In this document: in pieces, positions 34,801-42,753 of the stretch | How the letters are laid out: the number at the start of each line of letters is the position of its first letter | Numbering within the stretch: the first letter of the stretch is position 1 | Assembly: GCA_021777355.1 (NCBI GenBank) | Contig: JAJYDO010000003.1 | Location: forward strand, 8,332 to 72,331 | Source of the DNA: Actinomycetes bacterium | GTDB lineage: Bacteria > Actinomycetota > Acidimicrobiia > Acidimicrobiales > JABEUL01 | Direction of reading: 5' to 3' | Length of the DNA stretch: 64,000 nt | Notes under the pieces: generated by a model | Told to the model about the DNA's origin: nothing | Databases searched by the model: none | The model's input: only the letters and a program-made list of their open reading frames with translations | Translations under genes and position numbers: made by a program

Positions 34801-35326
34801 TTTCACCGCAGGCCAGGCAGTTCCAAATAGGGCAATAGTCGCCCTCGGTGGATCAGTCGGAGGAATAACTATATTCAATAGGTTTGGATACGTGGATGTC
34901 ATTGTTGATGTGACAGGGTGGTTCACTTCGGCGGGCCAAGGTGGAGGCTATGAGTTCCACCCGGTATCGCCGAGTCGAATAGTAGACACGAGATCCAATT
35001 CCGGATTCCAAGGTGCCGGTTCTACACTTCAAGCAGGAAGCAGCATGACGGCCACTGTTGCAGGTTACGGAAGCGACGGCGTGCCTTCAAGCGGCGCCCA
35101 GGCAATAGCTGCAAATGTAACCGTGACAGATACAGGCTGGCCCGGAGGATACCTCACTGTTTATCCGGCAGGCTCCCCAATGCCAAAAACTTCCGATGTT
35201 AACTGGTCTGTCGGTGAAACGGTTCCAAATGCCGTACTAACAGGCCTAGGTTCGGGAAAAATAACCATCACCGCCATGATTTCGCAGGCCGATGTAATAG
35301 TAGATATAAACGGTTGGTTTGGTTAA
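31868..35326 (+). CDS. 1152-aa secreted protein: 14 Cys-pair/Asp-box propeller repeats, an IPT/TIG domain and three copies of an unnamed ~120-aa repeat
   Basis: The signal peptide ends ...EKSYA-VT. There are 14 C-x5-7-C-hydrophobic-G units (from VACPSNGACLAVG to LTCGEPASCAILG), interleaved with Asp-boxes (TTDFGSTWS, SNNQGSTWV, STDGGNTWN, SSNGGASWS and others). The TIG-like segment is IGSVSPSIGVANQTQAVTITGFGFTGATQVYFG. Three repeats follow, each starting P(V/I)(S)P.RI.DTR and ending D(V/I).GW(V/F). Confidence 0.8.
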   Translation: MFKWSKLLFSVFTILSSVTVPIFIHVEKSYAVTPSQAPFVLAGKIGSKSMPSKAVACPSNGACLAVGQYASQLGAAITSLNSGGTWNNSTIPNNISNLNGVSCTSATTCIAIGTYLNGAPLVITTTDFGSTWSTGTLPGGIGALNTLACGVGGNCLVSGFAKGSPIVLSSNNQGSTWVQDAIPSDTANIFSISCGSAQSCVGVGTSSSGTPLTIYTSNGGSSFLQGYTLNGLNSFTAISCSTSTNCEAVGYGAFTPVDLVTTNSGANWNLGKLPSSLPSLSWTGIVCGSSTDCILIGQNTSTNTSMDYYTLNGAASFSGPIYNSGASTYSAIACYAAAWCVAMGSDPTNGTNIAFKTLTGGGTWYLGYVPNGANQFQATSCASYLNCVLVGEGTIYSSSNAGGTWASVALPSVVADANLDSVSCFNSSNCVAVGANPSSSGVSIYSTDGGNTWNVATLPSGISSLIQVSCTTASNCMAIGSSTSGGAAVIVSSNGGASWSTVSVPSVFLVSQVSCGSGTNCLILGSTSQGNYVFLSTGNLGSSWTQSSPPSGVYPLYLACDNHICASGYSSSSSQYDGVLMSSNNGVSWSFGLLGAQISKIIAISCAAEETCNYLGVSSSGSDVVLSSYNDSGIWGLVSINSPLENAAALTCGEPASCAILGAVGTLWQYLVSPTAAVIGSVSPSIGVANQTQAVTITGFGFTGATQVYFGAYPAVSFSVVSDQVINAVAPSQGVGRVDIFVTTGEGTSAAIQDDGFLYLNPGSTHAESPVRIADTRPGATDPSTYAGDTLGAGSTLSIQVSGANGDNVPSGAIAVVANITAVGPTQSGYLTLWPYGVSRPLASSLNFNAGEYAVANMAIIPLGQNGAINVYNPYGNVDVLIDVQGWVASPTDTSGYFNPISPTRIADTRSNSGYFGQNGTLGQGGSITIPVAGHGGVPSSGVSSVAFNITVADGTASQDYITAYPAGTTQPTASNINFTAGQAVPNRAIVALGGSVGGITIFNRFGYVDVIVDVTGWFTSAGQGGGYEFHPVSPSRIVDTRSNSGFQGAGSTLQAGSSMTATVAGYGSDGVPSSGAQAIAANVTVTDTGWPGGYLTVYPAGSPMPKTSDVNWSVGETVPNAVLTGLGSGKITITAMISQADVIVDINGWFG

Positions 35327-35646
35327 TACGGCCTTATTGGAACGTAAGCTCCACTTCCAATTGAATTGGCTTCTTCGTATGAAAGAGAATCATCTACTTC
35401 GCCAACTACTTCAGTAACCCAATCCAAACGACCTTTTAGAATGCGTTCAACTCCCGCGTTTAAAGTAGCGCCAGAGAGTGCGCAAGATCCGCAAGCTCCC
35501 TCGAGGGCCACACCGATAATTCCATTTTCATAATCAACATTGGTGACTTTCAAATCGCCTCCGTCGGCCTGAACGGCAGGTCTCATCAGATTGATCACTT
35601 TTTCCAAGGCTTCTTCTCTCTCTTTCAAAAGGGACTCTTCAATCAT
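35323..35646 (-). CDS. NifU/Nfu-type Fe-S cluster scaffold domain protein
   Basis: Motif GACGSCALSGATL (CxxC) in the Nfu C-terminal domain context. The start is set to ATG 35646 (MIEESLLKE...), which has GGAG upstream. Its stop overlaps the convergent gene's stop within TTAA (35323-35326). Confidence 0.8.
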   Translation of the reverse strand: MIEESLLKEREEALEKVINLMRPAVQADGGDLKVTNVDYENGIIGVALEGACGSCALSGATLNAGVERILKGRLDWVTEVVGEVDDSLSYEEANSIGSGAYVPIRPY

Positions 35647-36094
35647 TTCAACTCCGATTCTTAGACGGCTAAGGCGCTTCCACATCTATTTTACGACTAA
35701 ATCCTCGATCTCGGGCAACTTCGTTGGTTTTATTATTAGGAAATTTGTGGTAACGAACCTAGATTGCAGAATTCGCATCATGGTTCTCTTTCAACAATCA
35801 GCCTTGCACGAAGGGCGATTTAGAGGTTTCCGGAAGTTATTTCAATTTGTTCAAGTTATCGTAAGTCAGTTTTCGAACATTCAAGCTATCCAACCATTGC
35901 CTCACCCTGGAAGAACTTCCCGGGTAAATTTGGCTGGCAGTTTGGGCAAAGATTCAAGAATTCCCAGCTTAAATCAGGATCTCTATAAAAACGGACATTG
36001 ATTTTTTTGCCATTTATAGGGACAAATAACTAATTTTCAAGTTAAACGACGCTCATTTATATTCTCCGGCATGAAAATCGACATTATTGATTTG

Positions 36095-36118
36095 CTTATT
36101 GATTGAATAATCAATAAG
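36095..36118. promoter_or_regulatory. 24-bp palindrome, a candidate operator upstream of the NMO gene
   Basis: CTTATTGATT-GAAT-AATCAATAAG has perfect 10-bp arms. A third half-site-like copy, ATTATTGATT, lies at 36083-36092. The palindrome sits 55 bp upstream of ATG 36173. Confidence 0.4.
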
Positions 36119-36172
36119 ATAGTAAAAATTGGGTGTTCTTGCATCCAAGTTCCTAGATCAAGGAGAGCTTTT

Positions 36173-37132
36173 ATGAAAACAAAATTGACAGAACTGCTTC
36201 AGATCGAACACCCCGTTATGCTCGCAGGCATGGGCGGCGTGTCCTATAGTGCCTTAGTTGCAGCAGTTTCAGATTCCGGTGGATTTGGAACCCTGGGTGC
36301 ATCAACAATGGGTACTGACAAAATGGTCGAAGAGATGGAGACAGTCAGGAAGTTAACCGACAGGCCTTTCGGCGTTGATCTCTTGACAGCAATGCCCGGA
36401 GACATGGTCGGCCAAGTCCAGAAGGTAATTGACGGTGGAGCGACTCTTTTCGTTGCCGGACTTGGTGTTCCGCGAGAAGTAATTGAGCTATGCCATGAAA
36501 ACGGGCTTTTGGTGGCAAATATGTGCGGCAAGGTAGCTCACGCTTTAAGAGCAGTTGAGGCAGGGTGTGACTTTGTCATTGCCCAGGGAACAGAAGCAGG
36601 GGGACACACCGGTCAAGTCGCCACCATGCCCCTCGTGCCACAGATCGTAGACGCAGTCGGCGACAAAGTTCCGGTTGTGGCGGCGGGCGGAATATTTGAC
36701 GGGCGCGGATTAGTGGCGGCCTTGGCTCTTGGTGCGCAAGGAATTTGGATTGGAACTCGCTTTATTGCAACTCCCGAGGCAAGAGCGGTGTTGGGATACA
36801 AGGACAAGCTAATTTCGACTGCTGAGGATGGGACAACAATTTCAAAAGCCTATTCGGGAAAGACTATGCGGGTGCTAAAAAATTCCTATACAGATGAATG
36901 GGAGAAAAAGTCTGAAGAACTTCAGCCCTTTCCGAGTCAGGCACTACATTCCATGCAAGAGGGAGTGTTCCACCTAGGCGGGGATTCATCGCTAGAAGGA
37001 ATTGACGTTCAAAGGGAATGCTACCCAGCAGGCCAAGGGACCGGTGCCATAAAAGATTTGGTCCCCGCCGGTGAGATCGTTAGGTCTATTGTTGCCCAGG
37101 CCGAAGCAGTCATCAAATCCATGCCAAATTAA
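36173..37132 (+). CDS. Nitronate monooxygenase / FabK-like FMN oxidoreductase (NMO family)
   Basis: Motifs MLAGMGGVS, AQGTEAGGHTG and AAGGIFDGRG are typical of the NMO/2-nitropropane dioxygenase family. Confidence 0.85.
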   Translation: MKTKLTELLQIEHPVMLAGMGGVSYSALVAAVSDSGGFGTLGASTMGTDKMVEEMETVRKLTDRPFGVDLLTAMPGDMVGQVQKVIDGGATLFVAGLGVPREVIELCHENGLLVANMCGKVAHALRAVEAGCDFVIAQGTEAGGHTGQVATMPLVPQIVDAVGDKVPVVAAGGIFDGRGLVAALALGAQGIWIGTRFIATPEARAVLGYKDKLISTAEDGTTISKAYSGKTMRVLKNSYTDEWEKKSEELQPFPSQALHSMQEGVFHLGGDSSLEGIDVQRECYPAGQGTGAIKDLVPAGEIVRSIVAQAEAVIKSMPN

Positions 37133-37292
37133 AAGATGTTGGATTAATAACCACCTATTTGCACTTGTAATGGTATAAGATTTAATTAGGTGGCTCGACA
37201 TAAGTGGTCACCTGCATTTTTGGTGCAAATTATGGAGGCTAGATCTGAAATTACCGCTTGGATTTTCAACTGAGGTACCCGACGGAGACCGT

Positions 37293-38375
37293 ATGGTTCC
37301 CGGAGTTCTCTCGATTGAAGGCAGGAATATGCGTTATGCGGTTTCAGCCTCGTCCCCTCATGGCCGCGCCCTTCTAGACCTTGCCAGACAGGCCAAAGTT
37401 GACAAAGCTAAACCCGTGAATCCGTTTTTTTATGGAAAGTCGAGGCTGGGAGCACCGTCTGCAAAGCAGTCAGTTGAGTTCCAGGCGGCGCAATACGGAG
37501 AAAATTCCGAGAAGATCTGGGCAGTAAATATTCATGGCTACTTTGCCGGCGGCGGCATGTACTGGCGGGAAAGTTCCAGGCTGGCTCAGGCGCTCGGTTG
37601 GTGGGTTTTGAATCCGTCGCTACCCGGTTTCGGCGGAAGCGACGCACTTCCCTGGGAAGAGCTGTCAATGGGCGGATTTGCCAGGCGTGTTATTGAGATG
37701 ATGGACCGCCTGGAGATAGAAAAGGCAGTTATTCTGGGGCATTCGATGGGCGGGGCAGTAGCAATGCAGCTTGCCTTTAGTTACCCGGAGAGAGTTCTTG
37801 GAGTCATCTATCGAGACGGTGCCGGAACCCCGAGCTGGAAAGACAGGAATGGCCTAATTGTTAAAGCTCTCGCACCCATACTTCCCGACATGGCGGCCGC
37901 TCTTGACCTTGGTGCAGCAGCCGTGCTTGACATTCCAGATGTTGTAGCCGGCAGGCTGGGCTCTACTTTAAGGGCACTTTTCCCTGACTTTCACAGAAAC
38001 GTAAGGTCGTTAGGGAGAACTCTTCCGGCCGCTGCAATGCTTTTTGGATCTGACCTTTCCGGAGAGTGTTACCAAGTAGGCAATTCTTCTTCAATCCCGC
38101 TCTTGGCCGAATGGGGACTTTTCGACAGGATAACGCCCTCTAGAACTGCCAAAGAGTTCACCGAGGTCACCGGTCATGAAGTAGTCTGGGTCCCCGGAGG
38201 GCACTCCTGGATGTTAGCTCGACCAGCTTCTCAGGCCTGGGTATTGAAGTTCCACGAAAAGGGAAAAGAGTTTGTTGATCAGGTTGAAACAAGAATCCGG
38301 TCCCTGAGCACCCAGCACAGGGTAGCTGCGGCAATCGGCCAAAATAACATTAGGCCACTCCGCCGCCAAAATTGA
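37293..38375 (+). CDS. Alpha/beta-fold hydrolase
   Basis: Has the nucleophile elbow GHSMGG and a late HSWM histidine region. No finer assignment is possible. Confidence 0.7.
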   Translation: MVPGVLSIEGRNMRYAVSASSPHGRALLDLARQAKVDKAKPVNPFFYGKSRLGAPSAKQSVEFQAAQYGENSEKIWAVNIHGYFAGGGMYWRESSRLAQALGWWVLNPSLPGFGGSDALPWEELSMGGFARRVIEMMDRLEIEKAVILGHSMGGAVAMQLAFSYPERVLGVIYRDGAGTPSWKDRNGLIVKALAPILPDMAAALDLGAAAVLDIPDVVAGRLGSTLRALFPDFHRNVRSLGRTLPAAAMLFGSDLSGECYQVGNSSSIPLLAEWGLFDRITPSRTAKEFTEVTGHEVVWVPGGHSWMLARPASQAWVLKFHEKGKEFVDQVETRIRSLSTQHRVAAAIGQNNIRPLRRQN

Positions 38376-38470
38376 TATCAGTCATAATAAAAATTTGATA
38401 TAAAAGTGGATAAGATATTCCTCCTTTGGCTATGCTGACTGATACGTCAATCTATTAGGAGGAGCCGGAT

Positions 38471-39721
38471 TTGCGTTTTAAAGTCGAAGATACAAAAGAA
38501 CACAGCGAATTCCGAGCAACTTTTGTTGAATGGCTCGGCCAGGTCCTGCCTCCGGGCTGGATTGAATCCATTAACAGTGGAGATGAATTAGCCTTCAAGG
38601 AAGCCAGAAGCAAGTGGGACATCTTTTCATGGATGAAAACTATTGGTTTGAGCGGATATGCAGCTCCACTTTGGCCGAAGGAGTTTGGCGGGCTTTCTGG
38701 CGAAGCTTGGATGCAACAGATAATTCGAGAAGAGCTAAGCAATTTTCGCCTTCCCCTGGCCGGAATAAACCTCCTTGGTGTCGGGCTTGCCGGCCCGACA
38801 ATTATTGAACATGGAAACCAAGCACAAAAGCAAAACTATCTTCAAAAGATCCTCACTGGAGAAGAGATCTGGTGCCAGTTATTTAGCGAGCCATCCTGCG
38901 GGTCTGATCTGGCCTCAGTGGGAACAAAGGCAGTTAGAGACGGAGACGAATGGGTAGTGAACGGGCAAAAAGTTTGGACTACGATTGCCCAATTTGCCAA
39001 GTATGGAATGCTTTTAGCCAGAACCGATCCGAGTAAACCAAAGCACGAAGGCCTGACGTATTTTTTGCTGGATATGAAAACTCCAGGAGTAGAGGTCAGA
39101 CCGCTTAGGCAGATGACTGGGTCTTCCGAGTTCAACGAAGTGTTTTTCACCGATGTCCGAATACCAGATACAAATAGAGTCGGTGACATTGGAGATGGAT
39201 GGCGATGTGCGAGAACCACTTTAATGAATGAGAGAGTGGCGTTGGCTGGATTGTCAATTGACGAAACCACTTTTTTGGGAGGGAGCGCCAAAAAAGATCC
39301 GTGGCAACTGTTTTTAGATTCCATTCCTGATAGATCAAATCCAATAATAAGGCAGAAACTCGCCCAGTTTTGGATTGAGTCCCAAGTAAAAGAGATCACT
39401 ACATTTAGGGCCAACTCGGCAAGGATGCGAGGGCAGTCTCCTGGACCTGAAGGTGGGGTAAATAAAGTTTTTAATGCCGAATACAACAAGAGAAGATCAG
39501 AATTTGCAATGAATGCAACGGGGATGGGGTCAATTGCTTGGCAGACACATGACTCTCATGCGCAAGACAAATCCACAAGATTTTTGCGGGCTAGGGCAAA
39601 TACCATCGAAGGTGGGACTTCCGAGATTTTGAGGAGCCAGATGGCTGAAAGAATTCTCGGCTTGCCAAGGGATATTGAAGTAGACAAAGATCTGCCTTGG
39701 GACCAAATACCAGGAAAGTAA
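38471..39721 (+). CDS. Acyl-CoA dehydrogenase
   Basis: Blocks CQLFSEPSCGSDLAS, WVVNGQKVWTT and the C-terminal IEGGTSEILR are acyl-CoA dehydrogenase blocks. The start is TTG, with AGGAGG 8 nt upstream. Confidence 0.85.
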   Translation: MRFKVEDTKEHSEFRATFVEWLGQVLPPGWIESINSGDELAFKEARSKWDIFSWMKTIGLSGYAAPLWPKEFGGLSGEAWMQQIIREELSNFRLPLAGINLLGVGLAGPTIIEHGNQAQKQNYLQKILTGEEIWCQLFSEPSCGSDLASVGTKAVRDGDEWVVNGQKVWTTIAQFAKYGMLLARTDPSKPKHEGLTYFLLDMKTPGVEVRPLRQMTGSSEFNEVFFTDVRIPDTNRVGDIGDGWRCARTTLMNERVALAGLSIDETTFLGGSAKKDPWQLFLDSIPDRSNPIIRQKLAQFWIESQVKEITTFRANSARMRGQSPGPEGGVNKVFNAEYNKRRSEFAMNATGMGSIAWQTHDSHAQDKSTRFLRARANTIEGGTSEILRSQMAERILGLPRDIEVDKDLPWDQIPGK

Positions 39722-39723
39722 TT

Positions 39724-40407
39724 GTGACAGAGCAGCCAAAACATCAAAATTCAAGCGAAACTCCTCCACACGAGAGAACGCTGAAGCGCGCTATATCAGA
39801 TGCCGACAAAGACCTGCGAAGAAACGAGATTCTCGCTGCAGCCAAAAGAGTTTTTTCATCCAAAGGTTTCCATTCCACCACGATTGCCGATATCGCCAAG
39901 GACGCGAACCTGTCATATGGATCTATTTATTGGTATTTCGACTCAAAGGACGCGCTTTTCCACGAGTTGATGGCGGTTGAAGAACAGGCTTTAAAGGATT
40001 ACATTTACGCTGCCAGGAAAGATGCCACCACGAGACCGGATCAATCTTTTCAAGCCGCAGTCCAGGCAACATTTGAATTTTTTGAAGCTGACAAAGCCCT
40101 TGTCAAGTTGCTTTTTCGAGACTCTTACGCTCTGGGCGATAGATTCGAAGCTCATCTGTTTCGAATCTATGAAGGTTTCATTGGCGACATCGAGGCTGTT
40201 GTGACCCACTATCAGGAAAAAGGTGAAATCATTGATGCTCCGCCCCACCTGGTGGCTTTTTCAATTGCAGCTCTTATAACAGAATTTGCTCATCGTCGAT
40301 TAGAAACCGACGATGGCCTGCCCGCGAGCGTAGTTGCTGATTTTGTCATAAAGCTTCTTTTGGAAGGACTTCTTCCCAGAAGAAAGGACCGTTCCGGTGG
40401 CCAATAG
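39724..40407 (+). CDS. TetR-family transcriptional regulator
   Basis: The HTH is ILAAAKRVFSSKGFHSTTIADIAKDANLSYGSIYWYFDSKDALF. The start is ambiguous: GTG 39724 lies just after the ACAD stop, and the ORF-track start is 39697. Confidence 0.8.
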   Translation: MTEQPKHQNSSETPPHERTLKRAISDADKDLRRNEILAAAKRVFSSKGFHSTTIADIAKDANLSYGSIYWYFDSKDALFHELMAVEEQALKDYIYAARKDATTRPDQSFQAAVQATFEFFEADKALVKLLFRDSYALGDRFEAHLFRIYEGFIGDIEAVVTHYQEKGEIIDAPPHLVAFSIAALITEFAHRRLETDDGLPASVVADFVIKLLLEGLLPRRKDRSGGQ

Positions 40408-41908
40408 ACTTGATCCGGCGCACATTCCGGTAGTTATTTCCTTTGGGCAGTCTATTGAGAGAGAGACCATTCTTAGACCGCTTGATTTGGCCCAAAGGGC
40501 TGCAGAATGCGCTTTTGACGCTGCTCATGGAATCCGGGATCAAATCAACGAAGTCATTGTAGTAAATATATTGGGAAGAGTTGGCCCTAGCCCAGCAGGA
40601 GAATTGGCCAAACGTCTTGGCATCAGAAATGCAAAGTGTTTTACGACTGCAGTTGGAGGCAACACTCCACAGTATTTAGTAAATAAAACAAGTCAAAGAA
40701 TCGCAAAAGGTGAAAACTTAGCGGTTTTAATTGCAGGTGCAGAAGCCATGCGTTCATCAAGAGAACGAAAAAAACAAAAAGAAAGCGGAGAGGTTCCATC
40801 TAGCCAGCTAAATCTCCAAGATGGTCTTGATCCGGATGAAATAATCGGAGTGGACAAAGCCGGCATGTCAAGTGCGGAGGCTTCAGCCGGGCTTTTATCC
40901 CCGGCCCACGTATATCCTCTTTTTGAATCTGCAATAGCTCATGAAAATGGGCGGTCAATGGTTGAACAGCGAAAAGTCGCTGCCGAGCTTTTTGCCCCCT
41001 TTAGCGTTGTGGCTTCAGCTAATAGTTATTCCTGGTTCAAAGAAAAAGCATCGGCCGATGAACTTTTCTCAACCGGGCCTGACAACAGAATGATTGCCGA
41101 GCCTTACACAAAAAGACTCTGTGCTTTTTTGGGAAGCGACCAGGGGGCAGCCATTATAGTGACGTCACTTGAAATTGCCAATAAATTAAATTTATCAAAA
41201 CAGGTGGTATTCCCTTTAAGTGGAGCAGATGCCACAGATGCGTGGTTCGTCTCAACCAGACCAGACCTTGCGAGATCACCTGCCATTAGTGCGGCATCAT
41301 CTCTCACGTTGTCTCTTGCCGGCAAAAACATTGATGACATAAATTACTTTGAGCTTTATTCATGTTTTCCATCCGCGGTGCAACTGGCCTGCAGGGAAAT
41401 CGGAATTGATCACGCTGATGGCCGTGGGCTCACTGTAACAGGTGGCCTCCCCTACTTCGGCGGACCAGGGAATAATTACACCACTCATGGAATCGCATCA
41501 ATGGCATCGAAAATCCAAGAAGGCGGAGGTTTGGGTCTTGTAAGTGGATTGGGTTGGTTTGCAACTAAACACAGCTATGGCCTCTATGGCCAAGATCCTC
41601 CAGTGGGAGGATTTGTCCACGGAGATTTATCCCGGGAGCAGGAAAAAATTGACGGTGCGGCAATTGAATCAGTGGAAAGCCTTGATGAGATAAAAGGATA
41701 TTCGGGCGAAGGGAAAGTTATTGCTTCGTCCATTTGTTACGATCCGGATGGGAAAGTCTTTATGGCCCCCGCAGTTGTGGAGATTAACGGGCCAAAGAGA
41801 ATTGCATTGGCCGCAGACCCAAAGGAACTTTCAGGACTGGCAGGAGTAAATCTAGCCGGTGAGAAAGTGAAGATCGGCGGAGATCCACTTTGTTGGAGCC
41901 GAATATAA
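40397..41908 (+). CDS. Thiolase-like protein with an extra C-terminal domain (TLP/SCP2-thiolase-like)
   Basis: Thiolase C-terminal-type blocks are ELYSCFPSAVQLACREIGI and GGLPYFGGPGNNYTTHG. An additional ~100-aa tail follows. I could not find an obvious N-terminal nucleophile Cys block. Confidence 0.65.
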   Translation: MANRLDPAHIPVVISFGQSIERETILRPLDLAQRAAECAFDAAHGIRDQINEVIVVNILGRVGPSPAGELAKRLGIRNAKCFTTAVGGNTPQYLVNKTSQRIAKGENLAVLIAGAEAMRSSRERKKQKESGEVPSSQLNLQDGLDPDEIIGVDKAGMSSAEASAGLLSPAHVYPLFESAIAHENGRSMVEQRKVAAELFAPFSVVASANSYSWFKEKASADELFSTGPDNRMIAEPYTKRLCAFLGSDQGAAIIVTSLEIANKLNLSKQVVFPLSGADATDAWFVSTRPDLARSPAISAASSLTLSLAGKNIDDINYFELYSCFPSAVQLACREIGIDHADGRGLTVTGGLPYFGGPGNNYTTHGIASMASKIQEGGGLGLVSGLGWFATKHSYGLYGQDPPVGGFVHGDLSREQEKIDGAAIESVESLDEIKGYSGEGKVIASSICYDPDGKVFMAPAVVEINGPKRIALAADPKELSGLAGVNLAGEKVKIGGDPLCWSRI

Positions 41909-41951
41909 ATTACAGGAACTATAAATAGTTTTATTACAAAAGGAGAACAAA

Positions 41952-42719
41952 ATGTCAGTTGACACCAAACGAGTGGGAAATGTCGAGATAATCACCATTA
42001 ACCGGCCAGAAGCCAGAAATGCCATCGACGGCCCAACTTCTACGGCTATTGGCGAAGCACTAGATGCAATTGAAAATGACGATGACGTTTGGGTGGTAGT
42101 GCTAACAGGTGCTGGAGACAAGGCATTTTGTGCCGGGATGGACCTAAAAGCATTTGCTTCAGGCCAGGTTGGCGAGATAGTTGGGGCAAAAGGAGGATTT
42201 GCCAATATTGCAACCAGAGATTTTCCAAAGCCCATAATTGCAGCCATCAATGGCGCTGCATTTGCCGGAGGATGCGAGATCATGCTCTCATGCGACTTAG
42301 TGGTAGCAAGCGAACACGCGACATTTGGAATCCCTGAAGTCAAAAGAGGGCTAATTGCAGGAGGCGGAGGTTTAATTCGACTTCCAAGACGCCTTCCTCT
42401 TTCAGTGGCCCTTGAATTGGCTTTGACAGGAGACCCCATTGACGCCACCAGAGCCTATAACTTAGGTTTAGTAAATAAAGTAGTGCCACATGAGCAGCTT
42501 ATGGAAGCAGCTTTAGAACTTGCGCAAAAAATTGCCGAGAATGCACCGCTTGCCGTGAGGGCGTCCAAAAAAGTCATGTATGGGAGTTTAGGAAAAGACG
42601 AGAAAGAAGGTTGGGCTATTTCCAATGAAGCTTTTGGAAAGATCTTTGCTAGTCCCGATGCCATGGAAGGCGCAATTGCTTTCGCTGAGAAAAGAAAGCC
42701 CAACTGGGCGCTCCACTAA
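41952..42719 (+). CDS. Enoyl-CoA hydratase/isomerase (crotonase family)
   Basis: Motifs VVLTGAGDKAFCAGMDLK and AAINGAAFAGGCEIMLSCD are the oxyanion-hole blocks of the crotonase fold. Confidence 0.9.
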   Translation: MSVDTKRVGNVEIITINRPEARNAIDGPTSTAIGEALDAIENDDDVWVVVLTGAGDKAFCAGMDLKAFASGQVGEIVGAKGGFANIATRDFPKPIIAAINGAAFAGGCEIMLSCDLVVASEHATFGIPEVKRGLIAGGGGLIRLPRRLPLSVALELALTGDPIDATRAYNLGLVNKVVPHEQLMEAALELAQKIAENAPLAVRASKKVMYGSLGKDEKEGWAISNEAFGKIFASPDAMEGAIAFAEKRKPNWALH

Positions 42720-42753
42720 AAACAGCACTAAATTTCAGATCTGGATTTTGGTT

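Noticed and set aside
38376-38444. 9-bp inverted repeat TATCAGTCA ... TGACTGATA upstream of the ACAD gene as a TetR operator or terminator
   Set aside because: The arms are separated by 51 nt. That is too far for a typical TetR operator and gives too large a loop for an intrinsic terminator. The match could be chance in AT-rich sequence.
38842-39489. Long antisense ORFs inside well-supported genes: 38842-39489, 41852-42448, 20733-21254, 15554-15988, 16052-16480, 56288-56686 and 12195-12717
   Set aside because: Each lies fully inside and opposite to a gene with clear family motifs (ACAD, crotonase, EAL, PfkB, CobT, PPIase). Their products are Ser/Pro/Ala/Arg-rich and low-complexity, as expected for antisense frames.
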